A DNA stretch of 64,000 bases, taken from the NCBI GenBank assembly GCA_934546985.1, contig CAKTEE010000001.1, positions 174,116 to 238,115 of the forward strand, given 5' to 3'. The notes below the pieces were generated by a model. That model made no database searches. It was given only the letters and a program-made list of their open reading frames with translations, and was not told where the DNA came from. The DNA comes from an uncultured Eubacteriales bacterium (lineage in GTDB: Bacteria; Bacillota; Clostridia; Oscillospirales; Acutalibacteraceae). Within the stretch, counting starts at the first letter, position 1; each line of letters begins with the position of its first letter. Below, in pieces: positions 57,110-64,000 of the stretch. Both the position numbers and the translations under genes were made by a program.

Positions 57110-59323
57110 ATGACCAGACCTTTGGCGGCAATCGGCTTTGTTTATTTGTTTGTTTTAGTCTGTACCGGAATCTTCGGCTATAATTTTGCAGTTGCCGCCG
57201 GAGTGGTTTGCCTATGCATGCTTGCTGTTTCTTTTTGCATTCGAAATATCAGGCAAACAGTGCTTGTGCCGGCGATATTGCTGACAGCGGCTGTGGCCTG
57301 CTTTTCCTATTGCTATTCTTTTTCTGCCGTGGTGCGGCCGGTGGCGGCGATGGCGGGCAGCCGTTTGACTGTAACAGGACAGATTATGGAAGAGCCGGAA
57401 TACGCCAATGAACGGTATTATTATTTACTTAAAGTTACACAGACCAATTTATCCGGTGCGCCTGTCGATTTTAAAATGCGTGTTTCCTCTAAACTCAAAT
57501 GGGAGGCAGAGCCTTTTGATACCGTTACTGCACAGGTACAGATGTTGGAACAGGAAATAAGTTATTATTGGTCGCAGGGAATTTTTTTAAGGGGTTACTT
57601 GATTGGAGAAGCGTCTGTAACTGTTGCTGAATCCCGGCCTTTTTATTATATGGTAATTGAAGCACGAAGATATGCTGCCGCCGCTTTGCGGCAAATGATA
57701 ACAACGGAAGAAGGGGAATTGCTGGTTGGGATGCTTTTGGGCAACCGTTCCGGTATTTCTCAGCAAACAGTCAATGATTTTAGGGATGCCGGAGTTTCTC
57801 ATCTGCTTGCAGTATCCGGTATGCATTTATCTGTGCTCAGCGCAGCGCTTATGTGGTTTTTGAAACATCTGCGGATACCGCGCCGCATCCGTGTTATTAT
57901 TGGTATGGCGGGCGTTGTATTTTTTATGGCGCTGACGGGATTTTCAGCGTCTGTGAATCGGTCTGGAATCATGATGCTCATTTATCTGGGTGCGCAAATT
58001 TTTGGACGGGAAGCGGACAGCATGAATTCATTGGGATTTTCAGTGCTACTGTTAACTCTGTGCAACCCGTTTGCCGCGTTAGATTATGGGTTGCTGTTGT
58101 CTTTTGCCGCCACATTGGGGATTTTGCTTTTTTATCAGAAAGCTGTTTCATGGTTCCGTATCCGCATAGAGAAAATCAAATATTGGTATGTTCAAAAAAT
58201 ATTGCGAAAGCTTGGCGAATCGGTGATTCTGTCGTTATCAGCCAGTGTGCTTACATATCCGGTGTTACTTTTTACTTATGGGGAAATTTCCCTGGTTTCT
58301 CCGCTGACAAACCTTCTGATTGTTTTGCCTGCAACGGGGGCAATCGTCTGCAGCGGATTTGCAGCTTTTCTTTCTGCCGCCGGATGGTTTTCTTTTTTGC
58401 AGTATCCGTTTGGGCTTCTGGCCGGGCTCCTCTCAAAATATATCCTGTGGTGTGTGCATTGGCTTGCTGATTTGCCATTGGCAAGTTTGCCGGCAAATCA
58501 GAATTTTGTATTTTTGTGGCTGGGCGGAACATTGATTATTTTGGGTATCGCATTGTGTCTCAGACGGAACGCACATTTTCTTCGGTTTACGGCAATGCTT
58601 TCCTGTGTTTCCCTATTGACAGGAATTTTATCCTATCAGGTTGTTCATCTTGGGGTTGTTGAAATCGGGGTACTGGATGTCGGAAACGGAACCTGTGTTG
58701 CGGTTACGTTTCGGGGAAGAGGAATCTTAATTGGATGCGGCGGTGATAGTTTGCCGGAAAATACTGCGCAGAATTATCTGAAAAGTCAGGGTGTTAGGCA
58801 GTTGGATTTACTGGTGATTCCACGGCTGGCAGATACGGAGTTTTCAGGAGTTTCATCATTTATGGATGCTCTGTCTGCCGATGGAATTATTTTGCCGGAT
58901 GGAGAACAGACGCAGGAGGTACTGGATGCTGACCGACGGCTTGCGCTCTCCGGTCTTATCCAAACCAACTGCGCCTCTGTGGAATTATGGGAAAAAATAA
59001 ATTTGGAAACCGATGCCGGTAACGGATGTGTATATATAAAAGCCGGCAGGACGGAGATTTTAATTTGTACTTATCCGGGCGCTGATTTTTATCATTTGCC
59101 GGAAGAATGGCGTGCGGCGGATGTTGTGGTTTACCGTGGTGTATCTCAGAATACAGTGCAATGGATGAAGGGAAAATACATGGTGTTTTCCGATACGGAG
59201 CGGGGAATCTTATCTGCTGCTTCGGAGCAAAGCCGCGGCATTACCGCAGTATCTACATCGGGAATGGGTAATGTTGTCATCTTAACCCGCGGTCAGGGCG
59301 ATATTATGTTAAAAAGGAGATGA
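57110..59323 (+). CDS. comEC: DNA internalization competence protein ComEC/Rec2
   Basis: Competence domain (FRDAGVSHLLAVSGMHLSVL), a polytopic membrane region and a C-terminal metallo-beta-lactamase-like domain. Confidence 0.85.
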   Translation: MTRPLAAIGFVYLFVLVCTGIFGYNFAVAAGVVCLCMLAVSFCIRNIRQTVLVPAILLTAAVACFSYCYSFSAVVRPVAAMAGSRLTVTGQIMEEPEYANERYYYLLKVTQTNLSGAPVDFKMRVSSKLKWEAEPFDTVTAQVQMLEQEISYYWSQGIFLRGYLIGEASVTVAESRPFYYMVIEARRYAAAALRQMITTEEGELLVGMLLGNRSGISQQTVNDFRDAGVSHLLAVSGMHLSVLSAALMWFLKHLRIPRRIRVIIGMAGVVFFMALTGFSASVNRSGIMMLIYLGAQIFGREADSMNSLGFSVLLLTLCNPFAALDYGLLLSFAATLGILLFYQKAVSWFRIRIEKIKYWYVQKILRKLGESVILSLSASVLTYPVLLFTYGEISLVSPLTNLLIVLPATGAIVCSGFAAFLSAAGWFSFLQYPFGLLAGLLSKYILWCVHWLADLPLASLPANQNFVFLWLGGTLIILGIALCLRRNAHFLRFTAMLSCVSLLTGILSYQVVHLGVVEIGVLDVGNGTCVAVTFRGRGILIGCGGDSLPENTAQNYLKSQGVRQLDLLVIPRLADTEFSGVSSFMDALSADGIILPDGEQTQEVLDADRRLALSGLIQTNCASVELWEKINLETDAGNGCVYIKAGRTEILICTYPGADFYHLPEEWRAADVVVYRGVSQNTVQWMKGKYMVFSDTERGILSAASEQSRGITAVSTSGMGNVVILTRGQGDIMLKRR

Positions 59324-59327
59324 GCTT

Positions 59328-60365
59328 TTGGGACAGATTGATGAAGCTGAATTGAAGAAGCAGATTAAGAGCGGCAGTTATGCAAATGTTTATTTTATTT
59401 ATGGAACGGAGACATATTTAAAAGAAAAATATGTAAACCTCATGGCTTCAAAAATTGTACCCAAAGGCGGCGAGTTTTTTAACTTACATCGTTTTGAGGG
59501 TAAAGACAGTGATGCTGATACCATAGCGCAGGCGGTGGAAGCGCTGCCTGTATGCTGTGAACGCACCTGTGTTATTGTAAGGGACTGGAATGCGGAGACA
59601 GTCAGCGCTGGCGAAAATAAAAAATTGAAAGAATTGCTTGCAGATCTTCCTGAAACCAGCGTTTTAATTTTTTGGGCAGATACCGTAGAAGTGTTGCCGA
59701 AGAAATCTTCCAAATGGAAAACTTTCATTGGAAATATTGGTAAATACGGAAACACGTTGGAATTAGGGGAACGGACGCAGGCTTCTTTAATCAAACTGAT
59801 TTGTGATGGTGCAGCGAAACGTGGTTGTGTATTGGAGAAAACAACCGCTTCATATTTTATAGATATGGTTGGCAGTGATTTGCAGACATTGTATCATGAA
59901 TTGGATAAGCTTTGTTTTTTTGTCCGTTCGGGAGAAATTACCCGGGAAGCGGTTGACGCTGTAGCTGTTCGGGATATAAACAGCAATGCGTTTGAACTTG
60001 CAAGGGCGCTGCTTCGCAAAGAATATGAAAAAGCACATAGAATTTTAGATGAATTATTTGCCCAAAAAGAAGAGCCGATTTCTATTTTATTTGCATTATC
60101 TTCTTCTTTTATTGATATGTATCGTGTAAAAACCGCCAGCGTATCCGGCGGCGGTACAGAACAGCTTATTGCTGTGTTTGATTACCGGGGAAAAGAATTC
60201 CGTTTGAAAAATGCTGCGCGGGATGGCGGCCGCCTTTCTGTGGACCAATTGAGAAACAGTCTGGATGCGCTTTATCGGGCAGATTTGCTTTTAAAAGGTT
60301 CACGTACGGATAAACGGCTAATATTAGAAGAAACAATGGTAAAGCTGATGGCGATCATCAGGTAA
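59328..60365 (+). CDS. holA: DNA polymerase III delta subunit
   Basis: 345 aa. N-terminus (VYFIYGTETYLKEKY) resembles HolA. It sits in the conserved comEC-holA arrangement. TTG start. Confidence 0.8.
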   Translation: MGQIDEAELKKQIKSGSYANVYFIYGTETYLKEKYVNLMASKIVPKGGEFFNLHRFEGKDSDADTIAQAVEALPVCCERTCVIVRDWNAETVSAGENKKLKELLADLPETSVLIFWADTVEVLPKKSSKWKTFIGNIGKYGNTLELGERTQASLIKLICDGAAKRGCVLEKTTASYFIDMVGSDLQTLYHELDKLCFFVRSGEITREAVDAVAVRDINSNAFELARALLRKEYEKAHRILDELFAQKEEPISILFALSSSFIDMYRVKTASVSGGGTEQLIAVFDYRGKEFRLKNAARDGGRLSVDQLRNSLDALYRADLLLKGSRTDKRLILEETMVKLMAIIR

Positions 60366-60379
60366 GGTGTGATAAGGCA

Positions 60380-60973
60380 ATGATAAAATTAGATAGAGTT
60401 ATTATTGTTGAAGGAAAATATGATAAAATTAAGCTTTCTTCCATTTTTGATGCGACAATTATAGCAACGGACGGTTTTGCTATTTTTAAAGATAAAGAAA
60501 AAATGGATATGATTCGTATTCTGGCAAAAAAGAAAGGATTGCTCGTTTTAACCGACAGTGATTCTGCCGGTTTTAAAATCCGTTCTTATATTCGCGGGTG
60601 TATTCCGAAAGAACAGGTGGTTCATGCCTATATTCCTGATTTATTTGGAAAAGAAAAGCGAAAAAAAGAACATTCTAAAGAAGGCAAACTTGGAGTGGAA
60701 GGCGTTCCGGTACAGGTCATTTTAGATGCGCTGAATAAAGCGGGGGTTCAGTTTTCTAACACAGAATTACCAATCAGAAAAATTACGAAAACAGATCTTT
60801 ATGAGGCGGGTCTGAGCGGAACATCGGACAGCCGCAGAAACAGGCTGTCATTCTTAAAATTTTTAGAGCTTCCCGAGCGAATATCTTCAAATGCCTTGTT
60901 GGAAGTGCTCAACAGTATGATGGATTATGAAGAATATAAACAAACAATTTTGATGTTAAAAAATAACAGATAA
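60380..60973 (+). CDS. Toprim-domain protein (RNase M5/RnmV-like)
   Basis: VIIVEGKYDKIKL and LTDSDSAGFKIR Toprim motifs. Confidence 0.6.
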   Translation: MIKLDRVIIVEGKYDKIKLSSIFDATIIATDGFAIFKDKEKMDMIRILAKKKGLLVLTDSDSAGFKIRSYIRGCIPKEQVVHAYIPDLFGKEKRKKEHSKEGKLGVEGVPVQVILDALNKAGVQFSNTELPIRKITKTDLYEAGLSGTSDSRRNRLSFLKFLELPERISSNALLEVLNSMMDYEEYKQTILMLKNNR

Positions 60974-61241
60974 AGTAAAGTTGATGGTTGAGAAAATAAC
61001 AAACTATTTGATTCAGTCAACAAAGAAATTGTTACTAATCAAATAGTGCCCATTATCTGATATAATCTAAAAAATTTTAATGCTCCAAAAGAGCAACAAT
61101 GGAGTAGTATGGCGGTATATTATTGAATATCAAGAAGAGATGCAGAAAAAACGCCGTTTTAAAAGGTATTAATTATTTTGAAGAGGGTTAATTGTCCGAA
61201 AGTCAAAATGGATGAATCGATGGGTATCATTTAAGGAGATA

Positions 61242-61685
61242 ATGAGGCTTATGACGAAAAATAAAACAAAAGAGCAAGTTTTAAAATTAATTGGTCTTTT
61301 CATTTTAGCAGCAATCATTTCGGTTAGTTTATATTTTATAAAAGCAGAGCAGTACAAAAATTGGCTTCCGGAAAAAGGGATTTTAACGAATATAGAGAAT
61401 TACAGCGCTCGTCGCTCCCGCCATGGTACCCGGAGGAGTTATTGTTTGTTTTACTCCTATATGGTGGATGGAAAAATTTACGATGGAAGCAGCAGTTATT
61501 CTGGAAAAGCTTCGGATAATCATTTTATTGGTGAGCAAGTTGATGTATGGTATAACCCGGAAGAACCGTCACAATCATCTTATCATAAACCGGGACCGGG
61601 TCTATATCCGTATCTGTCGTTTATTTTTTATCTACCAATATCTCTGATAGTTTTAAAATCGGCAAGGTTAAGAAGGCAAATATAA
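61242..61685 (+). CDS. Hypothetical two-TM membrane protein (possibly DUF3592-like)
   Basis: Start uncertain (61242 MRLMTK or 61251 MTKNK; AAGGAG at 61233). N- and C-terminal TM helices flank a soluble domain. Confidence 0.4.
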   Translation: MRLMTKNKTKEQVLKLIGLFILAAIISVSLYFIKAEQYKNWLPEKGILTNIENYSARRSRHGTRRSYCLFYSYMVDGKIYDGSSSYSGKASDNHFIGEQVDVWYNPEEPSQSSYHKPGPGLYPYLSFIFYLPISLIVLKSARLRRQI

Positions 61686-61932
61686 TACCGGAAAATATGG
61701 AATGAACAAGGAAAATGGTAATCAAAGCCATAAGGGCATTTTCTGTATACATTTTGTTTTGAACTAAGGCGGACATATTTGTGGTAATATGCAGTGATAA
61801 GAAATATTTTTACAAATAGGAAATTAAAATTTTAAATTGTTAGAAAATCTTAAGACTTTCATAAGTTTTTTTTAAAGCAGGCCTCCTTTTTTCAAGGTAT
61901 AATAATACCGTTGGGAAAAGGAGTGCTTTTGT

Positions 61933-62874
61933 ATGCAAAAAAGAAAGCATCGTTGGTGGATCGCTGTTATTATTGTACTTTTGATTTTGCCGGTTGCAGG
62001 GAGCGTATTATATGTTTTGCTGGAACCGCGTGCAAGTTCAAGAACAGCAATATCGCCTGCAAATGTGAGCTTTTTAAAGAATTTTGTTCCGGAAAATTAT
62101 CAAACCGTGCCAATGATGCGGGAACAGATTTTTCAAGGGAATCTTATTCTTGTTAATTCTAAAAATTCATGTCGGGCAGGAACAGAAAATTTTACACGGG
62201 TTTATGATAAAAAAAATAAAGCTTATAAAGTAAAAGATAAATCGGTAATGATGCATAAATGCGCAATGCTTCCGATGAATCAAATGATGGACGCTTTTTA
62301 TCAGGAAACAGGGATACGGGATGTTTTAGCCATGAGCGGTTATCGCTCAGAAGAAGAGCAGGCACAAATATTTCAGCAAAAGGCAGAAGCAAAAGGGGAG
62401 CAAGAGGCTTCTAAATGGGCGGCTTATCCAGGGTATAGTGAACATCATACCGGTTATGCAATTGACCTTAGTATTTATCATGATAACGGGCACAGCGAAG
62501 CTTTCCGCGGTCAGGGGAAATACCGTTGGATTAGTGAGAATTGTCATCACTACGGTTTTATTGTCAGATATTATGAAGATAAAACTCCTCTGACGGGAGT
62601 TAAATATGAACCTTGGCATTTACGGTATATTGGGGTTCCCCATGCAGAGTTACTGACACAAAGAGGGTTTTGTTTAGAGGAATATATTGCCTATTTAAAG
62701 GTGTATTCCTTTGATACGGAACATCTTATTATAGAGACAAAAGATGGAAAACAATATGAAGTTTATTATGTTCCTGCAAAAACGGATATAACGGATGTAC
62801 CTGTACCGAAAGATAGGGAATATACAATTTCCGGCGATAATATGGAAGGATTTATTGTTACATGTGAGTTGTGA
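61933..62874 (+). CDS. VanY-type D-alanyl-D-alanine carboxypeptidase (peptidase M15B)
   Basis: N-terminal TM. SGYRSEEEQ, PGYSEHHTGYAIDL and EPWHLRY zinc-ligand motifs. Confidence 0.85.
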   Translation: MQKRKHRWWIAVIIVLLILPVAGSVLYVLLEPRASSRTAISPANVSFLKNFVPENYQTVPMMREQIFQGNLILVNSKNSCRAGTENFTRVYDKKNKAYKVKDKSVMMHKCAMLPMNQMMDAFYQETGIRDVLAMSGYRSEEEQAQIFQQKAEAKGEQEASKWAAYPGYSEHHTGYAIDLSIYHDNGHSEAFRGQGKYRWISENCHHYGFIVRYYEDKTPLTGVKYEPWHLRYIGVPHAELLTQRGFCLEEYIAYLKVYSFDTEHLIIETKDGKQYEVYYVPAKTDITDVPVPKDREYTISGDNMEGFIVTCEL

Positions 62875-62903
62875 TTTTGTATAATAATGAGGAGTTAAAA
62901 TTG

Positions 62904-62933
62904 CAGGGCGGATGTTTTGAAACATCCGCCCTG
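62904..62933. terminator. Bidirectional terminator between the vanY-like gene (+) and the nitroreductase gene (-)
   Basis: CAGGGCGGATGTT-ttgaa-AACATCCGCCCTG. Confidence 0.75.
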
Positions 62934-62983
62934 CGGTAATATATGTGTAAAAATAATAAAGGTAAATATAGATACTAATTTTG

Positions 62984-63775
62984 TTATAATAGTGATTCTT
63001 CCGACGGAAGGAAAGAAACATGCACGGTAATTACATAAACCATAGAGCGTATAGCGGGAACATCCGATTCTTTGCAGAAATAAAGGCTTGTGCGAAAAAT
63101 GTTGCTGGCTGAAACCATATTTGCCAGAGCAATGCCAACATCTATTCTTTGCATGTTTGCGCCTGCATTTTTGGGTGTCCAAAAGGAATGTTTTCGATAG
63201 ACGTGAATTTTGTTTCCCTGTATCAGATACCTTACAGGCTGTCCGTTCATGGCACTGGGGGCCAAACGTGCGGCCTGTATTAAATCAAGCAATTTGCTGT
63301 TGCAGTTATCACTGCCGTATAGTATATAATCGGAAATTCTTTTTCGCTGAAAATCATTTACAGAATGACGGAACTGCCCTCCAAAAGCCATAGTGCCAAA
63401 AGCAATGGAAATGCAGTATTGCCCGTTGACAGTATGAAGGCTTTGCGGTACAGCGGAACCCATCCAACAGGTGCCTAACCCCAGTCTGGTTAACTCAAGA
63501 ACAAACAGTTCACCCATATAACCTGCATTTTCAAGGTATCCATGTTCAGGATATGAAGTAATAACTAAATAATATGGGGCTTTAACTGAAATTTTTTTGT
63601 AGGTATCCTCATAAATTTTACGGGGAAGTACATCAAAACGAATGCCGGTGTTTTCATATAACGGTGGAATGGAATCTGGAAACTGTTTCATTTTATTCAG
63701 TAGAGTTTCACTTAACGGTTCCGACCGGTAACGGCGTGTAGATTTACGCATAATGACCGTATTGTAACCAATCAT
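62984..63775 (-). CDS. Nitroreductase-family protein
   Basis: RKSTRRY start, APSAMNGQP flavin-binding region. SD GGAAAGGA. Confidence 0.8.
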   Translation of the reverse strand: MIGYNTVIMRKSTRRYRSEPLSETLLNKMKQFPDSIPPLYENTGIRFDVLPRKIYEDTYKKISVKAPYYLVITSYPEHGYLENAGYMGELFVLELTRLGLGTCWMGSAVPQSLHTVNGQYCISIAFGTMAFGGQFRHSVNDFQRKRISDYILYGSDNCNSKLLDLIQAARLAPSAMNGQPVRYLIQGNKIHVYRKHSFWTPKNAGANMQRIDVGIALANMVSASNIFRTSLYFCKESDVPAIRSMVYVITVHVSFLPSEESLL

Positions 63776-63793
63776 TTCACAGATCCTTTCCGT

Positions 63794-64000
63794 TTAATTT
63801 TGGTGTGCACCAATTATATCTTTTATTGCTTTGCCTGCTAAAATCATGCCGGCAACCGGCGGAACAAAAGACATACTGCCCGGAACTTGACGTTTATTGG
63901 TTATTTCATTTGCAGAGGTAGGAGTAACAGGCAGTTCATCAGAATATACTACTGTCAACTGTTCCAATCCGCGTTTTTTCAGTTCTCGACGCATAACGCG
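63794..64000 (-). CDS. ThiF/MoeB-family E1-like protein (TcdA/CsdL-like), C-terminal part; the 5' end lies beyond the window
   Basis: Open to the window edge. LTVVYSDELPV...SMSFVPPVAGMILAGKAIKDII resembles the TcdA C-terminus. Confidence 0.55.
   Translation of the reverse strand, partial: RVMRRELKKRGLEQLTVVYSDELPVTPTSANEITNKRQVPGSMSFVPPVAGMILAGKAIKDIIGAHQN

Noticed and set aside
1-64000. Looked for CRISPR arrays, transposases, integrases, toxin-antitoxin pairs, restriction-modification or other defence modules
   Set aside because: None is recognisable by eye in any frame. The window appears to be core chromosome, apart from the small XRE/S24 cassette.

Overview
This 64 kb window looks like a low-GC Firmicutes (Clostridia-type) chromosomal segment. 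It is densely packed, mostly with housekeeping genes. I found no CRISPR array, transposase, integrase or obvious prophage block, so I cannot point to a complete new system.

Protein-coding content, in map order:
- 5' end to ~10 kb: a 5'-truncated Fe-type alcohol dehydrogenase followed by an unknown protein; a Fur-family regulator; a preQ1-I riboswitch in front of queT; two secreted GH18 glycosidases, one carrying a CBM5/12 module; yhaM; prmA.
- ~10–22 kb, minus strand: a pfk-ppk1-ppx block; also rsmE, a LysR regulator divergent from a split chrA pair, and feoAB.
- ~22–32 kb: an SGNH hydrolase, rpmB, recA-recX-rimO-pgsA, a Cys T-box leader with cysE-cysS, and an NfeD-flotillin operon.
- ~33–42 kb: a membrane H+/Na+ pyrophosphatase, copA-copZ behind a CsoR-type operator, an XRE/peptidase-S24 repressor, a DUF4430-like protein with an ECF S-component, and two DNA glycosylases including mutY.
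- ~42–51 kb: an HPr-like protein, mtaB, comEA, a PdaC-like deacetylase, a lone cbiC, an SPFH protein and two cyclophilins.
- ~51–64 kb: a class B PBP, an Ala T-box leader with alaS, HIT and PRT proteins, comEC-holA, a Toprim/RNase M5-like protein, a VanY carboxypeptidase, a nitroreductase and a 5'-truncated TcdA-like gene.

RNA genes and signals: three tRNA genes (Gln-CTG on the plus strand, Gly-CCC and Val-CAC on the minus strand) and many intrinsic terminators.

Observations worth follow-up:
- A phage-type repressor sits next to two small single-transmembrane ORFs and an attenuator-controlled DUF4430/ECF-S module.
- The pfk gene carries a PPi-type signature and lies beside ppk1-ppx and the H+-PPase.
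- One HPr paralog lacks His15.
- An unannotated 59-aa DUF1540-like Cys-rich small ORF is missing from the ORF track.
- A palindromic terminator module occurs twice.
- There is a ~0.9 kb ORF-free, AT-rich stretch.
- The mutY ORF has a Cys-rich N-terminal extension.
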